Assembly (NCBI GenBank): GCA_035537775.1
Contig: DATLLQ010000230.1
Location: forward strand, 1,845 to 65,844
Reading direction: 5' to 3'
Length of the DNA: 64,000 nt
Source of the DNA: Vicinamibacterales bacterium
GTDB lineage: Bacteria; Acidobacteriota; Vicinamibacteria; Vicinamibacterales; UBA2999
The position numbers were made by a program, and so were the translations under genes. The notes beneath the pieces are model-generated. The model saw only the letters and a program-made list of their open reading frames with translations. It did not search any database and had not been told where the DNA came from. Of this stretch, positions 55,948 through 64,000 are shown piece by piece; position 1 is the stretch's first letter, and every line of letters begins with the position of its first letter.

Positions 55948-56364
55948 TTGGAGATCACCGACCTTCCGGCACTGAACGCCAGCCTGAATGCGCTGGCGTC
56001 GGTGTTTCTCGTGACCGGCTACGTGCTCATTCGCACCGGGCGCCGCGTTGCGCACAAGCGCAGCATGCTGATGGCCTTGACGACCTCGGCGCTCTTCCTG
56101 ATCAGCTACGTCATCTATCACGCGAACGCCGGGTCGGTCCGGTTCGCGGGCACCGGCGCCATACGAACCGTCTACTTTGCCGTGCTGATTCCGCACGTCA
56201 TCCTGGCGGCAACGATTCTGCCGCTCGCGCTGGTCACGACGGCGCGCGGATTGCGGAGCGACTACGGCCGCCACGTCCGCATCGCCCGATGGACCCTGCC
56301 GGTCTGGCTCTACGTATCGGTGACTGGAGTTATCGTCTACGTGATGCTGTACCACCTCTACTAG
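55948..56364 (+). CDS. DUF420 membrane protein
   Basis: LPALNASLNALASVFLVTGYVLIR...HKRSMLMALTTSALFLISYVIYH, 4 TM helices, TTG start. It sits in the usual position next to haem A/O genes. Confidence 0.72.
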   Translation: MEITDLPALNASLNALASVFLVTGYVLIRTGRRVAHKRSMLMALTTSALFLISYVIYHANAGSVRFAGTGAIRTVYFAVLIPHVILAATILPLALVTTARGLRSDYGRHVRIARWTLPVWLYVSVTGVIVYVMLYHLY

Positions 56365-56460
56365 GCACGAAGGCATCGAAGATCGCGAAGAAGGCTGGAA
56401 GGTTAAAATACTCCGCCCCGGGGAAAGCATCTGGCTCGACTGTCGAGACTCATCGTCGCC

Positions 56461-57093
56461 GTGATTGGCGCAGGCTGTCTGTCCGTGCCGGCGTATGCGC
56501 AAACGGCTCGCGCCACCGGAGTGGTCCGCGACCCGGACGGCCGGCCGATTCCGGGGGCAACCATCCGCGCCATCTACCCGGACGCGAGCTCTCGAATGAT
56601 CATTTCAACCTCCGACTCGAAAGGCCGCTGGGCCATGCTCGGCCTTCGCGTCGGCACCCACACCTTCGTCGTCGACGCGCCGGGGTTCGTGCCCGTGCAA
56701 GGGCAGGCGCTCGTTCGGACCTCTTCGACGGAGCCGCTGCTCTTCACGCTCTCGCGAGAGCCAGGCCTCACTGCGGAAAAGCTGCCGTCAAACATCCAGG
56801 CTCAGATCGCCGCCGCCAATCAGCTGCGAGATCAGGGCCGGATCGATCAGGCAATCGCCGCCTATCTGGAGATCCGCGCAAAGCACTCGAGCCTGTCCGC
56901 GATGAACCTCGTGATCGGTGCGGCGTACCGGCGCAAAGCTGCTCTCGAAACCGACGCCACCGCACGGCGGATCGCGTTCGATCGCGCCATCGAGTCCTAT
57001 AACGTCATGTTGAAGGCGGATCCCGGCAACGCCCGCGCTCAAGCGGAGCTTGCCTCGACGCGGGCCGAAGCGGCGGCCGCATCTCCAAACTGA
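56461..57093 (+). CDS. Secreted carboxypeptidase-regulatory-like domain plus TPR protein
   Basis: ATGVVRDPDGRPIPGATIRA...GTHTFVVDAPGF, then TPR-like helices. A CTG at 56431 would give a fuller signal peptide (LARLSRLIVAVIGAGCLSVPAYA), so the start is uncertain. Confidence 0.6.
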   Translation: MIGAGCLSVPAYAQTARATGVVRDPDGRPIPGATIRAIYPDASSRMIISTSDSKGRWAMLGLRVGTHTFVVDAPGFVPVQGQALVRTSSTEPLLFTLSREPGLTAEKLPSNIQAQIAAANQLRDQGRIDQAIAAYLEIRAKHSSLSAMNLVIGAAYRRKAALETDATARRIAFDRAIESYNVMLKADPGNARAQAELASTRAEAAAASPN

Positions 57094-59222
57094 TGGCCAG
57101 GGGGTCAGCCAGAAAACTGCGGCCAGGGGTGGCCGCAATCATCGTCCTGGGTTTCGGCCTCGCGGTCGCCGCATCCGCCGCGGTCGGCTGGCGTGTCGCT
57201 CGCGAGTCGCCGGCTCATCAGGGTCCCATCGTGCTGATCTCGGTAGACGGGATGCCGGCCACGTCGTTGCCGGCCTACGGCGCGCCGAGTACTGACACGC
57301 CGGCGATCGATCTCCTCGCTGCCGACGGCGTGGTGTTCGAGCGCGCGTACGCGCACTCGCCGCAGGCATTGCCGGCCAACGCATCGATCCTCTCCGGCCA
57401 GTTGCCGATACAGCACGGCGTACGAGACGACGGCGGATTCGCGCTGAACCAAGAGGTGGTGACGCTGGCAGAGATGCTGCGAAGCCGCGGGTTCGCGACC
57501 GGCGCCGCCGTCTCGTCATTCCTTCTGCGCCCCGAAACGGGAGTCGCACAGGGCTTCAGGTTCTACGACGCTGAGCTGCCCGACGCCGGCGCCGACACGG
57601 GCCCGGTCCTCGCGCGCAGCGCCTCAGCCACCCTCGACGCGGCGGAGACGTGGGTCCGGTCGCAGGATGGGCGCCGCTTCTTTCTCTTCGTTCAGATCGA
57701 TCAGCAGGATGCGGACACCGCGGTCACGCGGCTGACGACGCTGCTGAAGAGCCGGCAGATGTATGACGGCTCGACAATCGTGCTGCTGGGCGACAGAGCC
57801 GACGAACCAACCCGGACGCTGGACGACAACTCGCTTCGCGTGCCGCTGATCGTGAAGCAGCCCGGCGGCGAAGGCGCAGGCCGGCGAGTAGCCGATCCGG
57901 TGCAGCAGATCGACGTGACGCCGACGCTCCTCGATCTCGTGCGTGCACCGGTGCCTGGGAATCTCGTCGGCCGATCGCTGCGCGAAGTGCTGACGGACGA
58001 CAAGGCCACGCTCCGTGAGCGCCCGCTGTACGCAGAGTGGCTGGCGCCTCACTTCGGTTTCGGCGGCCAGCCTGTCTACGCCCTGACGACAGGCAGCTAT
58101 CGGTATGTCAGGGGGACCGACGAGGAGCTGGTCCCGCTGGCGCCACAAGCGGAAGGTTCAGGTGCAGCCGCGGAAACAGCACGTCTCCGGGAGGAGCTCG
58201 ATCGGCGGATCGGCACAGCAGTGCCCGCCGCGCCGTCTGGCATCGCTCCTGCGGACGAGGAACGATTGGCACTGCTCGGGTACCTGGAGGCACCGCATCT
58301 CATGCAGGCGCCGATGCCGCTCGCGGCCTCCGAGCAGACGGCGTTGATCGGCCAGCATCGCGCTGCCGCTCTTCTCATCGGCCAGAAGAAGTACTCGGCG
58401 GGCATTCGCGCCCTGCAGGCCATTGTGAAGGCTCACCCGGACCTGATCGTCGTGCAGTACCAGCTGGGCTCTGCGCTGATGCGGGCAGGACGCATCGACG
58501 AGGCGATCGCCGTGTTGCAGGACGCTCGCGACCGCCTGCCGGAGGAAGCCGACCTGGCACTCGCGCTCGCGGATGCGTTGATGCGAGCCGGACGCGTCGA
58601 GCTGGCGAGCAGTCAGGTCGATGACGCGCTCACGCTCGCGAAGACCTCGGACGCGGTCATTCGCACGTCGGCACATGAGCTCGCCGCTCGAATCGCACTG
58701 GCGAAGAACGACTCCGAGGCGGCTCTCGCTCAGGCGAAAGCGGCTCACGACGCCGACCCCACTTTGCCGATGGAGGAGTTCGTCCGCGGGCGTCTTCTCT
58801 ACGACGAGGGTAAATACGAGGAGGCGGCAGCCGCCTTTCAAGGCGCGGTCTCCGCCGAGGGCGCTCAGAAACGGAACATCCCCGAGCTGCACCTTTATCT
58901 GGGCGAGTCGCTCGCCCATCTCGAGAGGTATGCGGAGGCGGAAGCGCAGTATCGCGAGGAACTGAAAACGTTCCCCCGCAGCGTGCACGTCTACTCACGC
59001 CTCGCCATGCTCTACGCGGCAACAAACCGGCAGGAAGCTGTCGAAGATGTGTTGAACGAGCTCGTCGCCGCAACGCCGACGCCGGAAAGCTATGCCGCCG
59101 CGGCTCGCCTCTGGACGATCGTCGGCAACCGAACCCGCGCCGAGGCGCTCAGATCGGACGCACGCGACCGGTTTCGTGGGGATCCGTCGCTGGCGCTCCT
59201 TGGGAAGGATGGGCGGCGATAA
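57093..59222 (+). CDS. Sulfatase-fold (alkaline-phosphatase superfamily) domain fused to a C-terminal TPR array
   Basis: ISVDGMPA...AYAHSPQALPANASILSGQLP aligns with the sulfatase block ...sp.C.P.Ra.lltG but reads A-L-P-A-N. At least 6 TPR-like repeats follow. The ATG overlaps the upstream stop (TGATG). Confidence 0.72.
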   Translation: MARGSARKLRPGVAAIIVLGFGLAVAASAAVGWRVARESPAHQGPIVLISVDGMPATSLPAYGAPSTDTPAIDLLAADGVVFERAYAHSPQALPANASILSGQLPIQHGVRDDGGFALNQEVVTLAEMLRSRGFATGAAVSSFLLRPETGVAQGFRFYDAELPDAGADTGPVLARSASATLDAAETWVRSQDGRRFFLFVQIDQQDADTAVTRLTTLLKSRQMYDGSTIVLLGDRADEPTRTLDDNSLRVPLIVKQPGGEGAGRRVADPVQQIDVTPTLLDLVRAPVPGNLVGRSLREVLTDDKATLRERPLYAEWLAPHFGFGGQPVYALTTGSYRYVRGTDEELVPLAPQAEGSGAAAETARLREELDRRIGTAVPAAPSGIAPADEERLALLGYLEAPHLMQAPMPLAASEQTALIGQHRAAALLIGQKKYSAGIRALQAIVKAHPDLIVVQYQLGSALMRAGRIDEAIAVLQDARDRLPEEADLALALADALMRAGRVELASSQVDDALTLAKTSDAVIRTSAHELAARIALAKNDSEAALAQAKAAHDADPTLPMEEFVRGRLLYDEGKYEEAAAAFQGAVSAEGAQKRNIPELHLYLGESLAHLERYAEAEAQYREELKTFPRSVHVYSRLAMLYAATNRQEAVEDVLNELVAATPTPESYAAAARLWTIVGNRTRAEALRSDARDRFRGDPSLALLGKDGRR

Positions 59223-60141
59223 GCGCGAGCCCGATCCCGGTCCAGAACAGGCTGCGCACTTTCTTGATCAGCGCCAGCACCACGCCCACACCGGCCCCCC
59301 AGCCCAAGTAATTCGCCATTCCGCCTGACGCCACTTCGTCAATGCCGATGCGGTACGGAACGAACTTGAAGACGATGATGATCGCGCGATCGAGCGCGGC
59401 GAACATGATCGCCTGTGCAATCGTCGGCGGCTGATGCGGCTGCAGTAGACCGAGAGTCAAGTACACCTCCATCACGGCCACGGCGTGAAACAGGAGATCC
59501 AGTCCGAATATCTGCCACAGGCGAGCCGGGTGCCCCACGGAAAAGGCCATCACCGATTCGCGGAATGAGGCGAGCTGCCCTCGCCAGCCAGGCAGCGCAC
59601 CCCGTTCTGCCTTCGACGTTCCTCCCACCGTCCGCAGCAGGAAGACGACGCTCACGCTGAGCACGGCGAGCGTCACCACGATGATCTCGCGCCGTTCGAC
59701 ACTGAGCGTGAGGGTCGCCAGGACCAGTGCCAGCCCGATCGCAATCATCGTCACCGCGGACGTCGAGTAGATGACGAAGTCCACGGCCAGCGACGCCGCC
59801 GCCTCACGCGTGGCGAGGCGATGCCGGATCAGAAACACCTTCATCGGCTCGCTCGCCAACAGCCCAAGCGGAGTGACGTTACCGACGGCGTCTCCGGATA
59901 GAAAGGCGGCGAAGGCCTGCCCGAGCGAGAACTGGCTGTGGTTTGGGGTGCAGAGGCGCCAGGCTGCCGCACGCAGCACGAAGCGCAGTCCTGAGAGCGC
60001 GATGATGGCCAGCATCCACCAGCCGACCTTGCCGATGCCCTCGACGACGCTGGACCATCCGACACTACGGATGGCGTACACAAAGAGGAGGAGGCCGACC
60101 AGCGCCGCCGCGATCGAGACGAACAGGCGGCGGCGCGTCAT
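59149..60141 (-). CDS. UPF0104 / lysylphosphatidylglycerol-synthase-TM-like (flippase-like) membrane protein
   Basis: MTRRRLFVSIAAALVGLLLFVYAIRSVGW..., 8 TM helices. The start lies 4 nt after the atpF stop. Confidence 0.65.
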   Translation of the reverse strand: MTRRRLFVSIAAALVGLLLFVYAIRSVGWSSVVEGIGKVGWWMLAIIALSGLRFVLRAAAWRLCTPNHSQFSLGQAFAAFLSGDAVGNVTPLGLLASEPMKVFLIRHRLATREAAASLAVDFVIYSTSAVTMIAIGLALVLATLTLSVERREIIVVTLAVLSVSVVFLLRTVGGTSKAERGALPGWRGQLASFRESVMAFSVGHPARLWQIFGLDLLFHAVAVMEVYLTLGLLQPHQPPTIAQAIMFAALDRAIIIVFKFVPYRIGIDEVASGGMANYLGWGAGVGVVLALIKKVRSLFWTGIGLALIAAHPSQGAPATDPHETGRVRPI

Positions 60142-60145
60142 GGAG

Positions 60146-60649
60146 CTAGCTTGGGCGTGTGGACTCGATCTGGCGGAAGGTTTCCTCGATCAGCCGTTCG
60201 TTGTCTTCCTTCGACACGTTGCGCTGGAGGATCTTTGACGCGATGGCCACCGAGAACTCGACGGCCTCCGCGCGGATCTGCTGCAGCGCCCGCGTTGTCT
60301 CCATCTCGATGCGCTTCTCCGCGTTCTTGACGATGGTCCCGGCCTCCGCCTGAGCCTTCTCTTTCAGCTCGTCGCGAAACCGGTTGGCGTCTTCCCGCGT
60401 GCGCGCGAGGATCGTGTCCGCCTCGGCCCGCGCATCCGCCAGCATCTTCGCCGACTCGGTGCGCAGCCGCTGCAGCTCTTCGCGCGCCTGCCGCGCGTCG
60501 TCGAGCGACTTGCGGATGGAGTCCTCCCGGGCCTGGAGCGTCGCCTTCAGAGGCCTCCACGCCAGATAGATAAAGGCGATCAGCAGGCCAAAGAAGGTGA
60601 CGATGGTCCAGATGTAAAGCCCTGGATCGGGCGCGACCAGTGGATTCAT
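60146..60649 (-). CDS. atpF: F0F1 ATP synthase subunit b
   Basis: A single N-terminal TM helix (YIWTIVTFFGLLIAFIYLAW) followed by a long charged helix (RKSLDDARQAREELQRLRTES...). Confidence 0.85.
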   Translation of the reverse strand: MNPLVAPDPGLYIWTIVTFFGLLIAFIYLAWRPLKATLQAREDSIRKSLDDARQAREELQRLRTESAKMLADARAEADTILARTREDANRFRDELKEKAQAEAGTIVKNAEKRIEMETTRALQQIRAEAVEFSVAIASKILQRNVSKEDNERLIEETFRQIESTRPS

Positions 60650-60670
60650 GAATGAACTCCGACGCCCCTG

Positions 60671-60964
<294 letters not shown>

Positions 60965-61915
60965 TCAGTGATGTGCGTGAATGGCCATGCCCACGAACAC
61001 GGCTGTGAGTAGTGTGAATACGAACGCCTGCACCGGGACGACGACCACGGCTTCCAGCACCGAAATGCCGACAGCCAGCGGCACGGCAACCGCCGCCATC
61101 CCGAGGCCGACGACAGCGCTGCGCGCCGACTCGGCCATGATGAAGATCATCGCCAGCACCGCGAGGACGGCAATATGTCCTCCGGTCATGTTCGCCGCAA
61201 GTCGCATTGTCAAAGCGAAGGGCCGCACAAACATCCCCATGATTTCGATGGGGATGAGAAGGATCCACAGCACCGGATGCGTGCCGTGGGGTACCAGGTT
61301 CTTCCAGTGACCGACGAACCCGTGCGCGCGCATGCCCGCGACGATGATGGTCAGGAAGCTGATCGTGGCCAGCGCCGCCGTCACGTTCCAGTTGCCGGTC
61401 GGCGTCGTCCCGCCGTGCGTGACCTGCACGAGGAACGAATCCTCGGGCAGGTGCAACACGGTGTGGTTCACGAGCGCCAGCAGGTCGAAGACCGGCAGCA
61501 TGCCGATCGCGTTCGCTGTCACGATGAACAGGAAGAACACCAGGATGAGCGGCGTGTAGGTATTGACCCACTTGCTGCCGACGTTCGGCGCGACGATCTC
61601 GTCGCGGATGCGGACGGCGACGTACTCGAACAGCCCCATCACCGGTCCGGACGGGACCATCGTGCCTCTGCGGACGTAGCGCCGGACCGCAATGGTCGTC
61701 ACGATCAGCAGAACTGCGGCCGCGATCCACAGCATGAGCACGTGCTTGGTGACCGACAGGTTGATGCCGGCAATCGTCGGCAGAGGGATCAGCGGGTGAT
61801 CGATCGGCGAATTGGCGACGTGGCCGAGGATGATCGTGCCGGCATCGAAGGCTTCGGGGGCGGCATGGCCCGCTTCTTCGGCGGCATGTGCTGCAGGTTC
61901 GGCGTGTTGAAGCAT
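60965..61915 (-). CDS. atpB: F0F1 ATP synthase subunit a
   Basis: The conserved Arg helix FALTMRLAANMTGGHI, with 5-6 TM helices. Confidence 0.9.
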   Translation of the reverse strand: MLQHAEPAAHAAEEAGHAAPEAFDAGTIILGHVANSPIDHPLIPLPTIAGINLSVTKHVLMLWIAAAVLLIVTTIAVRRYVRRGTMVPSGPVMGLFEYVAVRIRDEIVAPNVGSKWVNTYTPLILVFFLFIVTANAIGMLPVFDLLALVNHTVLHLPEDSFLVQVTHGGTTPTGNWNVTAALATISFLTIIVAGMRAHGFVGHWKNLVPHGTHPVLWILLIPIEIMGMFVRPFALTMRLAANMTGGHIAVLAVLAMIFIMAESARSAVVGLGMAAVAVPLAVGISVLEAVVVVPVQAFVFTLLTAVFVGMAIHAHH

Positions 61916-61916
61916 C

Positions 61917-62273
61917 TCACTTAATCGTCGTCAGGCGCCTCAGAAACAGCGCCTGCATCGCATACAAGGCGATGAAGTAACTCACAAACGCGGCCACGAA
62001 CGGCACCGGCCTCAGCGACAGCAGCTTCAGCATCACCGTCAGGTACAACGCGAAGAACGCCAGCTTCAGCGCGAACCAGACGATCATGACCGCCAGGCCG
62101 CGCTCGGGCGCCGATCGATGCGCCCGCTCGGTCGCGATCCACGAGGCGCACACTGCGGCCAGCGGACCGGCCATGCCGAACAGGCTCTCGGGATTGGCCC
62201 TGTCGCCGGCGATGGCGCTGACGGCGAGCCACGATCCAATCGCGGCTCCAGCCATCCACGCCACTTCCCTCAT
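61917..62273 (-). CDS. ATP synthase protein I-like small membrane protein
   Basis: 118 aa and 4 TM helices, directly upstream of atpB. The ATG at 62273 overlaps the upstream stop (ATGA). The listed longer ORF overlaps the neighbouring gene. Confidence 0.5.
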   Translation of the reverse strand: MREVAWMAGAAIGSWLAVSAIAGDRANPESLFGMAGPLAAVCASWIATERAHRSAPERGLAVMIVWFALKLAFFALYLTVMLKLLSLRPVPFVAAFVSYFIALYAMQALFLRRLTTIK

Positions 62274-62512
62274 TTCCTGTAGGTCGTTTTGATCAGCTCG
62301 TAGAAACCGACGACCACACCAAGCGCCAGGCCGCCGACCAGGAACCACGAGGTCCCAAGCCACCGATCGAGCCCATAGCCCACCGCGCCGAACAGCAGGA
62401 TCGCGCCAACCAGCGAATAGGCGGCGGCCATCGCCGGCGCCGCCTGTGTGACGTTCTCCTGCAGCGACTTGACCGAACGTGCGTACGAGGATTTCTTCTC
62501 TTCGCCTGCCAT
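62270..62512 (-). CDS. AtpZ/AtpI-family small membrane protein (putative F0F1-associated)
   Basis: AAAYSLVGAILLFGAVGYGLDRWLGTSWFLVGGLALGVVVGFYELI matches the G..LD.WLGT pattern of this family. I chose the ATG at 62512. Confidence 0.6.
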   Translation of the reverse strand: MAGEEKKSSYARSVKSLQENVTQAAPAMAAAYSLVGAILLFGAVGYGLDRWLGTSWFLVGGLALGVVVGFYELIKTTYRK

Positions 62513-62692
62513 GGCCGCACGGTCCGCTTCGTCGTCCAGCGTACCGTCGATCAGTATACTCCGCCTTGTGAAAAGATTCACCAGCCGAGGCAGCGCACGC
62601 TGGCGGCGGCCGGCAAGCGCCCGGCGCGCACAGGCGTTACAGGCCGTCTGATAAGTCTTGTGTTTTCAACGCGTTTCCGCCACGATCGCCGC

Positions 62693-62722
62693 TTGACCCT
62701 CTTTCACAGCGGGCCCTATACT
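62693..62722 (+). promoter_or_regulatory. Sigma-70-like promoter candidate for the VWA genes
   Basis: TTGACC, an 18-nt spacer, then TATACT, ending 19 nt before the ATG at 62741. This implies a very short leader with no obvious SD. Confidence 0.35.
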
Positions 62723-62740
62723 GGCCGCAGCAACCCTCGC

Positions 62741-63640
62741 ATGCGCATCCTTCTCCTGCCGGCGCTCATCGCTGCCGCGATCGCCGGCGTCATCCTCACA
62801 TCCGATTCACGCGCTGCTGCGCAAACTGCCTCCCGCGAACGCACCCTGTTCGTCAGCGCCGTCGACGCGAAGGGCGAGCCGGTCGAAGGCCTCGGGCCCG
62901 ATGCGTTCGTCGTGCGCGAAGACGGACGCCGGCGCGAGGTGCTGCGCGTATCGCGCGCAACGGAACCGATCGATCTGGCGCTGCTGGTGGACAACAGCCA
63001 GGCGGTCACCGACGAAATCACTTACGTCCGCGAGGCGTTGTCGAAGTTCGTCGCCGCTATGGGCAAGGAGCACCGTATCGCACTGATTGGCCTCGCCGAG
63101 CGGCCGACGGTGCTCGTGCCGTACACGACTGACAGAGCGCAGCTGGCCACGGCGATCGGACGGTTCTTCTTTACGACCGGCAGCGGTATGACGCTCGTGG
63201 ACGCGTTGTTCGAGACGTCACGCGGCTTGCGGTCGCGCGACGGCGAACGCGCCATCTTCGTGCCCGTCGTTACCGACGGCGTGGAGTTCACCAACCGCTA
63301 TTCGAAGGACGTGGTGCGTGAACTGCGTGAAGCCGGTGTGTCGGTGCACGCCGTGACGATCGGCCGCTTCCCGTATTCGGACGAGCACTCCACCCGCGAA
63401 CGCGGGTTCGTACTCGACGACGCGCCCAGGGCGACGGGCGGACAGCGGATCACGATGCTGGCGCCGCAGGCGCTGCCGGCACTGATGGAGCGGCTCGCAC
63501 GTGAACTGTCGGCGCAGTACAAGGTCGTCTTCGGCCGGCCCGAGTCGCTGTACGAATGGGACGTCGAAGTGACATCCGGCCGCCCGGGTCTTACCGTGCG
63601 CGGCACGCCGGCGCGCCGCCAGTCTGGAGCCACTAAATGA
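62741..63640 (+). CDS. Secreted VWA-domain protein (acidobacterial VWFA-related type), degenerate MIDAS
   Basis: Signal peptide MRILLLPALIAAAIAGVIL. N-terminal block FVSAVDAKGEPVEGLGPDAFVVREDGRRREVL, then LALLVDNSQAV. Confidence 0.72.
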   Translation: MRILLLPALIAAAIAGVILTSDSRAAAQTASRERTLFVSAVDAKGEPVEGLGPDAFVVREDGRRREVLRVSRATEPIDLALLVDNSQAVTDEITYVREALSKFVAAMGKEHRIALIGLAERPTVLVPYTTDRAQLATAIGRFFFTTGSGMTLVDALFETSRGLRSRDGERAIFVPVVTDGVEFTNRYSKDVVRELREAGVSVHAVTIGRFPYSDEHSTRERGFVLDDAPRATGGQRITMLAPQALPALMERLARELSAQYKVVFGRPESLYEWDVEVTSGRPGLTVRGTPARRQSGATK

Positions 63641-64000
63641 TCGGCCGTCTGTTGGCAACGCTTGGATTGGTCGTCCTGGGCACCGCGGCCGCGGGCCAGC
63701 AGGAGAAGCCGCAGCAGCCGTCGGGCCCGGCATTCCGCGCTGCCATCGATATCGTCTCGCTCAGCGTGACGGTGACCGACGGTGTCAACCGATACGTCAC
63801 CGATCTCGAGGAACCGGACTTCCAGATCTTCGAGGACGGCATCAAGCAGGAGACGACCTTCTTCTCGCGCCGGCAGCAGCCGATCGCGTTGTCGCTGCTT
63901 ATCGACAGCAGCGCGAGCATGGAGGACAAGCTGCCGACACTCCAGGCCGCCGCGAGCAACTTCGTCCGCCGTCTCAAGCCGAACGACATCGCGCAGGTGA
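63637..64000 (+). CDS. Second VWA-domain protein of the same type (3' end outside the window)
   Basis: This ORF is not in the supplied track because it has no stop inside the window. The ATG at 63637 overlaps the upstream stop (ATGA). My translation: MIGRLLATLGLVVLGTAAAGQQ...IVSLSVTVTDGVNRYVTDLEEPDFQIFEDGIKQE...LSLLIDSSASM, with an intact DxSxS. Confidence 0.75.
   Translation, partial: MIGRLLATLGLVVLGTAAAGQQEKPQQPSGPAFRAAIDIVSLSVTVTDGVNRYVTDLEEPDFQIFEDGIKQETTFFSRRQQPIALSLLIDSSASMEDKLPTLQAAASNFVRRLKPNDIAQV

Overview
High-GC bacterial chromosomal window: my hand counts give 44/60 G+C in an ordinary coding stretch and 28-29/60 in a few atypical patches. It is almost fully coding, with about 55 genes. 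I found no rRNA, tRNA, CRISPR array, transposase or integrase. The gene content suggests Acidobacteriota (inference): a TonB-dependent receptor tail, a DUF1800/DUF1501 pair, Hanks kinases fused to TPR or PD40 propellers, and tandem VWA proteins of the type common in that phylum.

Recognisable blocks:
- A GAF-PAS histidine kinase and response regulator, bracketed by a 111-bp direct repeat (1.1-3.2 kb).
- A Rieske/DUF1800/DUF1501/porin operon (3.2-7.5 kb).
- TonB plus an M48 peptidase.
- A PadR plus membrane-sensor pair.
- A CHASE3 kinase.
- nagZ, a GNAT and a hydrolase.
- CotH, then a metzincin and two lipoproteins.
- An IorAB-type molybdoenzyme next to a di-haem cytochrome c.
- An HD-GYP protein.
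- An S8 protease with AVIWGS repeats.
- An ABC-transporter-dependent polysaccharide cluster (43-52 kb).
- An M23 peptidase.
- A cupredoxin/ctaA/ctaB/DUF420 haem module.
- An F0-only atp operon.

The best candidate for something undescribed is the 24.5-31 kb envelope operon. It has a PQQ-type dehydrogenase, three secreted proteins I cannot assign, two paralogous membrane proteins and possibly a mini-TM peptide. A divergent paralogue sits beside it, and a distant fusion gene (13457..14590) joins two of its components. All functional readings are from motifs read by eye, not from database searches.
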